Below, piece after piece: positions 12,127 through 23,609 of a stretch of DNA of 33,946 bases; within the stretch, counting starts at the first letter, position 1, and each line of letters opens with the position of its first letter. Under the pieces are notes generated by a model that was not told the origin of the DNA, did no database searches, and saw only the letters and a list, made by a program, of their open reading frames with translations. The position numbers and the translations under genes were made by a program. Origin of the DNA: Chiloscyllium plagiosum (taxonomy: Eukaryota); the NCBI RefSeq assembly GCF_004010195.1, contig NC_057752.1:13840011-13873956 (forward strand). The letters are read 5' to 3'.

Positions 12127-13084
12127 AACATTTCAGCAGTATTTAGACATTCACTTGCATTGCCATAGCCTCCAGGGATATGGGCTAAGAGCTGGAAACC
12201 GGGACTGGGGTGGTCTGATCTTTGTTGACTTGTGCATCCCAGTGGGTCAAATGTCAACGCTAATGAGTCTACAATCCAATGATTTGGGGGTGTGAAGTTT
12301 CTGGGGACGTCTACCATGCATGGAGGTTGTAGGATTCTTTCACTGAAGGATTTCTTCATGCTTCAGATGGTGTGGAAGAAATGTGCATGGAGACACGTTT
12401 CCATCGTTAGATGTTGGGTGGGTTCCATCCCCTTCCTTTTCATTGGGCTTTCAAGGATAGACCCTACCATGTATTCCCCACCCCCCTTCCCCCCAATCAC
12501 CACAATATGGGAAAGAGCCGTGACCAAACTGCATCAGCCTGATTGGTTTTCCAGCACAGAAACGATGGGGCCAATGGCTGCACCATCCTATAGTGCCCTC
12601 CAGTGCTGAATATGGCTGGCTGAGCTCATGGAGGTGCTTCCGCCATTCCCAGTTTTCACTGGGAGAGATGCAGAGAAACTACTCGAGGAGTCAAAAACGG
12701 GAGCGCGCCCATTGTTCGGATTGAAATCAGGAAATGCTTTCCTTTCCAACAGCAGATCAGGAATTCAAGACTGAGATGATTAGATTTTTAATCGGGGAAG
12801 TGTGTATAGCTGAGTGCGGTGGCAGTGCCCCTGCATTAGTAAGCCGGGGGCGAATGCTAATACAGTGCTCCCTGTCCCCTTTTCCTACTGTGACCCCGCT
12901 TTGAGGCCTGAAAGCTGTTGGGAGCCCCCTGAGGGATCTCGGAGAGAGTGGGAGGACAGCAGAACAGCTGTTCAAGCTTGCTCATTGCAACCTCGGGCTC
13001 ATGGGCAGCAAACGTTCTGACTGTGACCCTACATTTTCAGCTTGGGCTCTCGGGCCCCGAGTGTGGGAAGCACTGGTTTATACT

Positions 13085-13350
13085 TGGGGCACACAGGTTC
13101 AAATCCCACAACAGCGGCTGGTGGAGTTTAACCTCAGTGATGACATCCGGTATTGAAAGTCTCAGTGTTGGCGACCATGACAACTATCTGTTGTTATAAG
13201 AGCCTATCTGGTTCCCTTTAGGGAAGGAAATCTGCTGTCCTTACCTGGGCTGGCCCACATATGACTCAAGACCCCACAGCGATGTGGTCGTCTCCTACCT
13301 ACCCTCTGAAATCAGCAAGCACCTCAGCTCAAAGGGCATTTAAGGATGAT
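13085..13350 (+). mobile_element. Second SINE family copy
   Basis: ggttcaaatcccac B-box-like motif plus the shared body. Confidence 0.7.
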
Positions 13351-13359
13351 GGTTAAAAA

Positions 13360-13757
13360 CAATGACTGCAGGTGCTGGTTCCAAACTTCCAGCTCAGCAC
13401 TGTCCCCATGACGCCTGGAGGAAGAACGCCTCATCTTCCGCCTCGGAACACTTCAACCCCAGGGCATCAATGTGGACTTCAACAGTTTCCTCATTTCCCC
13501 TTCCCCCACCTCACCCTTGTTCTAAACTTCCAGCTCAGCACTGTCCCCATGACTTGTCCGGACTTGTCCTACCTGCATATCTCCTTTTCCACCTATCCAC
13601 TCCACCCTCTCCTCCCTGACCTATCACCTTCATCTCCTCCCCCACTCACCCATTGTACTCTATGCTACTTTCACGCCACCCCTACTCTCCTCTAGCTTAT
13701 CTCTCCACGGTCTAGGCTCTCTGCCTTTATTCCTGATGAAGGGCTTTTGCCCGAAAC
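13360..13757 (+). mobile_element. Penelope-like element 3' end: GIY-YIG C-terminal remnant plus pLTR with hammerhead core, cut by the gap
   Basis: From 13412 it reads RLEEERLIFRLGTLQPQGINVDFNSFLI (typical PLE endonuclease C-terminus); CTGATGA-a-gggc tttt gccc-GAAAC at 13733-13757. Confidence 0.85.
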
Positions 13758-14173
13758 NNNNNNNNNNNNNNNNNNNNNNNNNNNNNNNNNNNNNNNNNNN
13801 NNNNNNNNNNNNNNNNNNNNNNNNNNNNNNNNNNNNNNNNNNNNNNNNNNNNNNNNNNNNNNNNNNNNNNNNNNNNNNNNNNNNNNNNNNNNNNNNNNNN
13901 NNNNNNNNNNNNNNNNNNNNNNNNNNNNNNNNNNNNNNNNNNNNNNNNNNNNNNNNNNNNNNNNNNNNNNNNNNNNNNNNNNNNNNNNNNNNNNNNNNNN
14001 NNNNNNNNNNNNNNNNNNNNNNNNNNNNNNNNNNNNNNNNNNNNNNNNNNNNNNNNNNNNNNNNNNNNNNNNNNNNNNNNNNNNNNNNNNNNNNNNNNNN
14101 NNNNNNNNNNNNNNNNNNNNNNNNNNNNNNNNNNNNNNNNNNNNNNNNNNNNNNNNNNNNNNNNNNNNNNNNN
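13758..14173. other. Assembly gap (416 N)
   Basis: Run of N. Confidence 1.
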
Positions 14174-14700
14174 CCCGTATTCTCCCCGTAGCCCTTAATT
14201 CCTTGTGATATCAAGAATTTATCAATTTCTGCCTTGAAGACATTTAGCGTCCCATCCTTCCACTGCACTCTGTGGCAATGGATCCACAGGCCCACCACTC
14301 TCTGGCTGAAGAAATGTCTCCGCATTTCTGTTCTGAATTTACCCCCTCTAATTCTAAGGCTGTGTCCACGGGTCCTAGTCTCCTCGCCTAATGGAAACAA
14401 TTTCCTAGCGTCCACCCTCTTCAAGCCATGTATTATCTTGCACGTTTCTATTAGATCTCCCCTTAATATTCTAAACTCCAATGAATATAATTCCAGGATC
14501 CTCAGCCGTTCCTCATATGTTAGACCTAGCATTCCAGGGATCATCCTTGTGAATCTCCGTTGGACACGCTCCAGTGCCAGTATGCCCCTCCTGAGGTGTG
14601 GGGACCAAAACTGGACACAGTACTCCAAATAGGGCCTAACCAGAGCTTTATAAACTCTCAGTAGTACAACAATGCTTTTATATTCCAACCCTCTTGAGAA
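14174..14700 (-). mobile_element. CR1 LINE 3' ORF2 fragment
   Basis: YKALVRPYLEYCVQFWSPHLRRGILALERVQRRFTRMIPGM..LRGDLIETCKI..TRGHSLRI. Confidence 0.92.
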
Positions 14701-14709
14701 AGCTTTGAC

Positions 14710-15900
14710 CTCACGATGGGACGGGCGGGGGAGGGGAGGTGCTTATTTGCTCCGATGGGTCATTTATGTGGAATTTTTAACTCTTCGTTTCTCTCTGTCC
14801 ACATTCCTATTCTAGGTTCGAGATATTTTTACACATCTGTGGAGTGGCTCGGACCTGAGGCCGGCAACAAGACCCCAGATCTGCTTCTTTTGACTTGTGT
14901 CAGGGTCAGGGCGACCGCAAAAGGGGTCAGAGAGGTGAGCGCACGCCCTGTTGACGGCTCTCTGCAGCATCTCGTCAACATTGAGCACGCCGCGGGAGCG
15001 GAAGGGTTACAATGTACAGCTCGAGTAACAAAAAAGGTCAAAGCCGAAAGGCCCCTCCCCTCCTGGGGGCTGGTTATTTGTGAATGCAATCCGTGAGAAG
15101 GCGGAGTGATCTCTTCTTGTCGATTTCACTCTGTGAGGCGGCCCCGTAGCTGGTTAATTTCACCCCCCCCCCCCTCAAAATCCTCTCGTCAGTTTCACCC
15201 GCGCTGCATCTCCCGGGCGATGGCAAGCTGCAGGAATGGCTAAAAGCTACCCGTTTTATGCGGTCTTTTTACTCTTGAACGTCCACACCGGCGCCGGTAA
15301 GTTCTCTCAGGGAGTTCACCTGCTTGTTGGGGGAAGGAAGAGGACGGCGCCCCGGGTCTTGTTTGTTTTTGAGAGAGGAGGAGGAGGAGGAGGGGGAGGT
15401 GTTGCTAAAGCAAACATAAAGCGTCCAAAATATTTATTTACATCTCTGTTCTCGCAACATGGCGCCCGGAATCGGATACAATGTTGTTACAAGGGGCTGG
15501 GACCTCGAGAGATTTGCCAAAAATAAGAGGAGCTAGTGAACCGCTTGGATTTAGACCCGCATTGTGTGTGTGTGTGTGTGTGTGAGATCTCTCTCGCTTC
15601 CATTTTCATGGATGCTTTGTCTTAATTGTTGCGACTGGTTTAAACAATCCAGCTTGTTTTCCCTCTTCCCACCCATGCGCGCACACACACACACACACAC
15701 ACAGGTATTTTCTTCCTACCAGGGGCTTTTGTCTGGCCCTGCTGAGCGAGTCCCAGATCACAATGGATCTCTTTCTCCCACCACCCCTCCACTTTAATTG
15801 TTTCCCCCGCACGTCACCAGTTCTGTGTCAATCCGGTGAGGGGGAGTCAGATCTTTATTATCAGAGAAAGAGGGGGGCGGGGGTATTTTCTGAGATTAGG
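14710..15900. promoter_or_regulatory. CpG-rich, transposon-free putative promoter / first-exon region
   Basis: Visibly higher CpG density than the flanks; YY1-like AACATGGCG at ~15456-15464; consensus donor CCG|GTAAGT at 15297 (+); (GGA)n, (TG)n and (CA)n tracts. Confidence 0.55.
15563..15703. repeat. (TG)n (15563-15584) and (CA)n (15682-15703) microsatellites in inverted orientation
   Basis: Direct observation. Confidence 0.85.
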
Positions 15901-16334
15901 TGTTTAATTGGTGACTTCCAGTCAGTACTAACATGAACACCTCACCAACACAACGCCCGCTTCTTCTCTCCCCCCTGGTCTGGTTTCATTGGGTTTGGAC
16001 TGTGTCCCGGTGTGACCCCTGCTTTCTAACTGAGTGAGAATGATGAGCACTGATGTAATTTTTTTTTCTGGGTTCGGTTCCTTTTTTGAACCTCCTGTCT
16101 CCCCCGCTTGTTGTGTTTTTGGGGTTTGAGGTGCCTGTGCCCCCTGGGCACTTTGCCCAAAAAGTGCCCATTTTTGTTTTGGTGGGGTGGTGTTTGTGAC
16201 CCTGGCCAGTGAGTCCTGGGTCACCACAATGCTGTGTTGATAAAACATGCCTTTTTGTTTTTAAAAGAAGAGTTACCAAAAGGCTCAGATTTGTTTATTT
16301 TTTCAAATTTCTTTACTTTCAACTAGTCAGAATT

Positions 16335-16980
16335 TTTACAGCAGGGGAAGAGGCCCTTCGGCCCATTGTGTCTGTTGCAGTCATCAAACATCCAATCTGT
16401 TCCCATCTTCCAGCACTTGACCCATAGCCTTGTATGCTATAGCATTCCAAGAGCTCGTCAAAATATTTCTTCAATGTCTTGAGGGTTCCTGCCTGCACTC
16501 CCTTTCGGGGAGTGAGTTCCGTTTTCCCATTACCCTCTGAGTGGGGGGGAAAATCTGCTCTCAATCTCCTGCTCCTGACCTTCAAACTATGCCTCCCGGT
16601 CATTGACCCCTCTGCTAATGGGAGAGGTTTGTCCCTGTCTATTCTCTCTCTTTCTGCCCCTCAGTATTTGTACATCTCCAGCAGGTTCCCCCTCCACCTT
16701 CTCTGCTTCAAGGAAAACCACCCCAGCGTATCCAGCCCCTCTCCAGCGCTGAAATGCTCCATCCCAGGCAACATCCTGGTGAATCTCCTCTGTACCTCTT
16801 TTTTTTCTCTCTCTTTCCTTCCTTCCTTTCCCCCCCCCCCCGTGCAATAAGTTCTATGGTGTGGGGGCCAGAACTGCACACACTACTCAAGCTGGGGTCT
16901 AACTAATGTTACATACAGCTCCATCATAACCTCCCTGCTCCACTGTCTTGACTAATATCTGAAAGTATCCTATATGCTGC
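16335..16980 (-). mobile_element. CR1 LINE 3' fragment
   Basis: VQRRFTRMLPGMEHF..LGWFSLKQRRWRGNLLEMYK; QFWPPHHR. Confidence 0.85.
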
Positions 16981-17459
16981 CTAAACCCACCTTTCACTTC
17001 CTATGGACGTGACCACTGATGTTACACCAATTCTTTTTTTTTTTACTCTTCCTTGGATCCAACCATTCGCTGGGTACTCCTTTGCCTTCCCACAATGCAA
17101 TTGTAGCTCAAACCCAGGCCGGAGTTGGGGAAATATTATCTATTACAGAGACTGGCATGTACACGTGCGCACAGACATGCACCATGACACCACCACCTTT
17201 TTTTTTGAGCGCAATGCTACAGTTGACTTTGTGTTGGGACCACTTTGGGGAAGGAGATGATATTGATAGGAAAAGGAAGATAGGTGCTCCGTTTTCACTT
17301 TGAAACTGCCGGCCCAAAAATGAAGTCTGAACAAGTGCCAACTTGTTGTCTTGCTCCAACGAGAACATCTGAAAATGCTGAAGAAACGCAGCAGGTCTGA
17401 CAGCATCTGGGGAAGAGAGAAACTGAGTTAATGTCGAGCCCAGTGACCCTTTAGAACTA

Positions 17460-18995
17460 TAAAGCCATAAGACATAGGAACAGCATTCAGCTCGTCGAGT
17501 TTGCTCCTGCATTCAATGAGGTCATGGCTGCTCTGATCCCCAACTCCACTTTCCTGCCTTTTCCCCATCACCCCTCCATTCCCCTTCCTGATTAAACATC
17601 TCTCTGTCTCAGCCTTGAATATACTCACTGACCCAGCCACGACAGCCCTCTGTGGGAAAGAATTCCACAGACTCGCTCCCCTCTGAGGGAAGAAATTCCT
17701 CCTCATCTCTGTCTGCAATGGGTGACCCCTTATTCTGGGATTGTACCCTCTGGTCCTAGACTCTCTCCCACAAGGGGAAACAACCTCTCCACATCTCCCC
17801 TGTCAAGTCCCCCAGGGAATCCTGGATGTTTCAATAAGGTTGTCTCTCATTCTTCTAAACCCCAATGAGTCCAGGCCCAACCTCCTCAACCTCTCCTCAT
17901 GGGACAGTCCCTCCATACCCGGGATCAGCTGAGTGGACCTTCTCAGAGAATGTCAGTCTGTCTTTCCTCAGATAAAGGGACCCAAACCTGTTCACAGTAT
18001 TCCAGCTGTGGTCTGACTGGTGTCTTCTATAGGTTTAGCAAAATCCTCCCTATTTTTATACTCCATTCCCTTTGGAATAAAGAGCAACATTCCCTTGGCC
18101 TTCCCTATTCCCCGCTGGACTTGGATGCTTGCTTTTTGTGATTCACAGATAAGGATTCCCAAATCCCTCTGCTCTGTAGCTTTCTGCAGTCTTTCTCCCT
18201 TTAAATAATATTCAGCTCCTCTATTCTTCCTGCCAAAGTGGACAACCTCACAGTTTTCCCCACCTTGTATTCCATGTGCCAAGTTTTTGCCCACTGGCCT
18301 AACCTGTCTAGATCCCTCTGTAGACTCAGTGTGTCATCCTCACCCCTTGCCTTCCCACCTATTTCTGTGTTATTCACAAACGTGGTTTCAGTACATGCAC
18401 TTTCCTCATCCAGTAATGTATATTGGCAATAATTGTGGCTCCAGCAATGACCCCCGTGGTACTCCACGAGTGATGGGTGGCCATCCTTAAAATGGCCCCC
18501 TTATCTCTACTCTCTGTCTTTTCTCAGTTAGTTTAGCTTTTAACAAGGTTGTTTTGAGGTAAATGTTTTTGACCCAGAGGGTGGTGAGGGGGTATGGAAT
18601 GCACTGCCTGGGAGGGTAGTTTAGACTGGTAACCTCACAACCTTTTAAAAAGTACTTAGAGTCATAGAGCATGAGAACAGACCCTTCGGCCCAACCAGTC
18701 CATGCCGACCCTAATCCCAAACTAAACCAGTCCCACCTGCCTGATCCTGGCCCATCTCCCTCCAAACCTTTCCTAATCATGTCCTTGTCCAAATGTCTTT
18801 CAAACATTGCAACCGTACCCACGTCCACCGCTTCCTCAGGAAGTTCACTCCACACATGACCCACCCTGTGTGTAAAAACAATTGCCTTGTGTCCTTTTTA
18901 AAATCTTGCTCCTCTCACCTTAAAAATATGCCCCCTAGTCTTGAACTCCCCCACACCAGGGAAAAGATACTTGTCATTCACCTTATCTACACCCT
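17460..18995 (-). mobile_element. Composite of CR1 LINE fragments (RT 3' part 17460-18530; short plus-strand piece ~18545-18660; 3' end 18660-18995)
   Basis: CEVVHFGRKNRGAEYYLKGERLQKATEQRDLGILI; LQRDLDRLGQWAKTWHMEY; EMRRNFFPQR..LWNSFPQRAV. Confidence 0.88.
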
Positions 18996-19145
18996 TTCAC
19001 AGGAGGAGTACTTTAAACGTTCTAATATTCAAGGCCACGGGCTGGATGAACCCACCCACAGACCCCCCCCACCCTCCCAAACAATCCAGGCTTGACGACT
19101 GGACCTCGGAGCCGAAGAGGTGGATAATGAAATGCAGAAACATGC

Positions 19146-19379
19146 CTTTCTCCTCTTGCAAGGTGAGATTGCGGTTGCACAAGTTCCCTTTGCAGCACAC
19201 GATGCGGAGGTGAGGCCACGAATATTCACAGGGTAGATCCTGATATGGATGGCAGCCCTTCCGAATCTGACCCGGAATCCGGCTGTCGACCGAAACAAAG
19301 CACTGCACTCCGCTACAAGTCTCCGTTTTACAATAGCCATGCTCACAAACACACTCGAACCTCACGGCCTCCTGCTCAC
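19146..19379 (-). CDS. ACVRL1: Internal coding exon (phase 1-1, 234 nt): extracellular three-finger ligand-binding domain of a TGF-beta/BMP type I receptor, ALK1/ALK2 subgroup (ACVRL1-like; ACVR1 not excluded)
   Basis: Translates EQEAVRFECVCEHGYCKTETCSGVQCFVSVDSRIPGQIRKGCHPYQDLPCEYSWPHLRIVCCKGNLCNRNLTLQEEK, with 10 Cys, a CCx4CN cysteine box, a KGC motif and an NLT sequon. The CxCx4Cx4Cx4C spacing is as in ALK1, while some residues (CVCE, QCF, CNRN) resemble ALK2. Acceptor is ttgtctatttctcgcttacAG (AG at 19381-19380); putative donor AAAG|GCATGT at 19145. The family call is strong; the symbol is tentative. Confidence 0.85.
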
Positions 19380-19429
19380 CTGTAAGCGAGAAATAGACAA
19401 AACTTGGCAATGTCACAGTGAAATGGGCC

Positions 19430-19660
19430 CCCAGGGAATCTTGGATGCTTCAATAAGGTCACCTCTCCTCCTTCTAAACCCCAATGAGTCCAGGCTCAAC
19501 CTCTCCTCACGAGACTGTCCCTCCATACCCAGGATCAGCTGAGTGGACCTTCTCTGGGCTGCCTCCAATGTCAGCCTGTCTTTCCTCAGGGAAAGGGGCC
19601 CAAACCTGTCCACAGTATTCCAGGTATAGTATAGCAAAATCTCCCTATTTTTATAATCCA
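19430..19660 (-). mobile_element. CR1 LINE fragment immediately upstream of the receptor exon
   Basis: LRKDRLTLEAAQRRSTQLILGMEG..RRRRGDLIEASKI; near-identical to 17810-18060 and 33480-33725. Confidence 0.85.
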
Positions 19661-21529
19661 TTTTTCCTTTTTGGAAGGAAGCCTTTTCTTTCCTGTGTAT
19701 TACTTCTGGAATTGGCAGAACAGCTCCTTTTTTCTTTCACTGTGTTTTGGTTTTTATTTTTGATACAATTATTGCTCGACTCGCCCCTGCACTTTTCTGC
19801 CATTGTTGTAGCTGAGTGTGCCTTCCCTTGTGGGATGTGTTATTTTGAGACACCGCCTGAGGATGGAAGGATGCAATGATGTTTGGCCGGATGTGTTTTG
19901 TGCTGTTCAAAGCAGATGTTGAGTTAACAGCACTCAATCTGTGTGCCATTATTCTCCCGCTGAAATCCGAGGTGGCAAGATTGTGTAATCTGATTTTCGA
20001 GGTAACCAAGTTATGGCATGCGCTGTAGGATCATGTTTGAATGCTTACTGTTTCATTTAAAATATTCCTCTGTTTTAATATGTCAGTAGCTTCTCCTCCT
20101 CCTCTTCCTCCCCCAATATAATTTAAAATCTGCAGATACAAAAGACACGCGCTGGGGTCTTGGAATAGTGAGCAGATTAAAGGGTGGTATTTTGGGATTT
20201 TTAAAAAGAAATTAACCATTCCTCCCTTTAGTAAAATACACCGTCTGCCCTGATAAAGAGATGATCTGCTTTTTGTAATGCCTTTCAGAATTTCCCAATC
20301 CGATGAATTGCTTTTCGCGAGTCGTTGTGTTGGAAGCATGGCTTCCAGGTGTGCGCAGGCAGATCCCAGGCTGGGGATGTGATATTGAGCAGATAATCTG
20401 CATGGTTTGAGGATAGATATTGATGGGTGCAGCAAGCTAACTCCCCTTGCTCTCCTCGGAAAATTGGAGCAGGAATAAGCCATTCGGCCTAGTGTGTCTG
20501 TCCCACAATTCAGTGAGATCGTGGCTGATCTGTGGCCTAATTCCATAGTCTTGCCTTTGGTCCATACAATTTTTTTTAAAAAAAGAAGAAAAATTTATCG
20601 CAGCATTAAAACTAACAACGATCCTGTATCCAACTGCCATTTGTGGAAGACCGTTCCAAATCTCTCCCACCCTTTTTGTATGTAGAAGTGCTTCCTAACA
20701 TCTCTCCTGAACCTTAATTCTCAGACTATGCACCCCCGCCCCATTCTAGAATCTCCAACAGATGGAAATAGTTGATCTTTATTCACACTGTCATTTCCTG
20801 TTAATATCTTGAAGACTTTGTTCAGATCACCCCTTGGAATTCTAGAGAATATTGACTGGGACAATACTGCAGCATTTTTTTTTTAAATGTGTGTGTGCGC
20901 AAAGGGTTAATGGCGTTTCCTCAGCATTGCATTCGGAATGTCAGCCTTGTGTTAATTTTTTTTCCCTGTGGCCCTGGAGGGGGTGTTGAACCAAGAACCC
21001 TCTGATTCAGAAGTGAGTGTGCTGGCTGTTGTGCCACAGCTAATGGGGGTGCCACAGCTAATGAGTCATTTGTGGGGAAAAGCCCTTCCTCATTAAGATT
21101 TAAACTCCGTATGATTCACTGACCTGCAACAGGGACCCTGTCAGGGTTTAGGCTTGGTTCAAGTGGCTGTTGGTCTGTGTGAGGTGTGGAAACTCAATTC
21201 AAATTTCCTCCTATCCGTAGGGAATGAATTGGGCCAGTATCTCTTTGGAGGCAGACTGGCCAGCTAGCTCCAGGGCATGGAGATCTAGTCACCCTTGGAT
21301 CGGATGAGCTGTTCCCAGCTGGTGTGAAAGTTAGCGTTCTCCCTGGTGACTTTGTTAGTGAGGAAGGAAATTGTATAGGATTCACAAGTGAATTAATATG
21401 CGGAGCGCCTTCACTTTTGCAGCCAATAGGATATCTTTTAAAGTGCCATCACTGCTGTCACGTAGATGAGGCAGCAACCAATTTGGTATACAGCAAGCTC
21501 CCACAAAACCGAGTGCCCAATGACTTCCT

Positions 21530-21810
21530 AGAGTCCTAGAGATGTACAGCATGGAAACCGACCCTTTGGTCAAAACATGAGGGTCTTTTCCCTGGGATGG
21601 GGGAGTCCAGAACTAGAGGGCATAGGTTTAGGGTGAGAGGGGAAAGATTTAAAAGGGATATAAGGGGCATCTTTTTCACACGGAGGGTGGTACACATGGA
21701 ATGAGCTGTCAGAGGAAGTGGTGGAGGCTGGTACAATTGCAACATTTTAAAAGGCATCTGGATGGGTATATGAATAGGAAGGGTTTGGAGGGATACGGGC
21801 CAAGTGCTGC
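21530..21810 (+). mobile_element. CR1 LINE 3' fragment
   Basis: gagtccagaactagagggcataggtttagggtgagaggggaaagatttaaaaggga, shared with other CR1 3' ends. Confidence 0.85.
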
Positions 21811-22319
21811 TTTTCGAGTGGTTAATTTTTAAAGGGGCTGAATATTGGTCAGAATATTCCCTGCTCTCTTGGAGTGGATCTCTGTTTAAAGTACCATTCT
21901 GAAATTTGCCCTTTTTGTTTTGACAGTGCAGCACTCCCTCAGAGTGTCAGCTTGGATTTTTGTGCTCGACTTTGAGCCGACACTGAGATTTGTGGGGGTG
22001 AAAGAGAGAATGTGGCAGGGGGTGTGATGCCAACTGAGTAGCAGCTAACAAATTGGATGAGTTTGAGGGCATGGGTAATGTTGGGCTGTTGGTTACTACT
22101 GTGTGAGGTGCCTGGGGATTACAGTCTGTAAAATCGCAGAGGGGTGTCATTGCAATCAGCTAAATCTGAGGCTGGGTACAATACCAGCCAAGGGCATTAA
22201 AGTCTTGTTTGCCAGTGGTGTACAGCAGTCTTCATAAAGCACAAAGATAGTCTGATAGTCTATCACAGTGCACTGTGTGGGAGATCAGGGTGTGGTTGCC
22301 TTTAAGTCAAGGAGGTGAC

Positions 22320-23240
22320 AGCCGAGTGATGTTATCACTGGATTGTCAATCCTGAGACCCAGATAATGTTCTGGGGAAAAACAACAAAGGCTGGAGATAA
22401 GTGGGCCAGACAGCATCCACGGAGGGAGGGTAAGCTAACATTTCGAGTCACGATGACTCTTCATCAGAGCTGAAGTGGGGGGGGACAGCATTTATGCTAC
22501 AGTTCAGGGCGGAGGTGGTGGGTGCAGGCTGCTGGTGGGGAGAAGATGTTAATAGCTTCCATTAAGTGATCGGGATGTGAGCAAGGCACCCCATCATTCT
22601 GCCAGACTGGGAAGGACAGACAGTCCCACTGGAGTGGGAGGGGGGAGAGGAGGAGGACATGATTACAAGCTGAAAGAAATGGGAGTTGGTTCACAATTTT
22701 TTTAAAAGGTGCTTGAAGGCTGCCTGGATCTGGCAGTATCTCATCACTTGGAACACGGCCTTCTGGTCCACTCTCACTGACAGTCTGGTGGGTAAGAACC
22801 CCCCCCCAAATTCCACTCTGTCCTTCCCAGTCTGGGAGGTAGACACACCATTGTTCTGCTGTTCTCTCATTCCAATCACTTAATCTGAGCTCGCAACACC
22901 CTTTCGCCCCCAGCACAAACCTCCAAACTATTGCACATGTGTTGCCCCCTCCACTCTTCGGCTCTGAAGAATCGTGTGTGATCTCCAGCCTTTGTTGTCT
23001 TTGGTATGGATTCCAGCAGCTGCAGTAATTTGTTCCTCCATAATGTTCTGGGGACCCGGGTCGAATCCCACCATGGCAGATAAAATTAAAACCTGGAATT
23101 GAGGAGCAAACTACGACAGTGAATCTGTTGTCGATTGTTGGAAGAACTCATCTGGTTCACCTAATGTCCTTTGGGAACCATCCTTGCCTGATCTGGCCGA
23201 CACATGATTCCAGACCCACAGCAAGGTGATTGACTCTTGA
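22320..23240 (+). mobile_element. Second-family SINE interrupted by a PLE-derived fold-back insertion
   Basis: SINE head to 22377 resumes at 23040. Confidence 0.75.
22378..23039. mobile_element. PLE-derived insertion with inverted pLTR arms, 15-bp TSD and a hammerhead motif (22432-22471, minus)
   Basis: TSD ataatgttctgggga at 22363-22377 and 23040-23054; inverted acaacaaaggctggagat / atctccagcctttgttgt; minus strand agct-CTGATGA-a-gagtca tcg tgactc-GAAA-TGTT-agct. Confidence 0.8.
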
Positions 23241-23428
23241 TACAACAAAAACCTAGAAGTTAGGAAGAGGCCATTTGGCCCTGCACTGCTATTCTTCGCA
23301 ATAATGGGTGATCATCCAACTCCACAGCCTAATTCTGCTTTCTCCCCATAACCTTTGATCCCATTTGCCCTAGTGCTTTATCTAGCCATCTCTTGAATAT
23401 AGCCAGTAATGCCACCTTCCCATGAATG

Positions 23429-23609
23429 GTGGGTGGCACAGTGGTTAGCACTGCTGCCTCACAGCNNNNNNNNNNNNNNNNNNNNNNNNNNNNNNNTTAG
23501 GTAAGGGGTAAATGTAGGGGTATGGGTGGGTTGCACTTTGGCAGGTCGGTGTGGACTTGTTGGGCCGAAGGGCCTGTTTCCACACTGTAATGTAATGTAA
23601 TCTAATCTA
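23429..23609 (+). mobile_element. HE1 SINE spanning a 31-N gap (23466-23496)
   Basis: Head ggcacagtggttagcactgctgcctcacagc; tail gggccgaagggcctgtttccacactgtaatg(taatc)n. Confidence 0.85.

Noticed and set aside
13660..14688. 342-aa ORF and overlapping ORFs at 13736 and 13747
   Set aside because: Length is an artefact of translating through 416 N; the real part is CR1 ORF2
17019..17303. MLHQFFFFLLFLGSNHSLG signal-peptide-like ORF
   Set aside because: Hydrophobicity comes from a poly-T run, and it is on the wrong strand for the receptor exon
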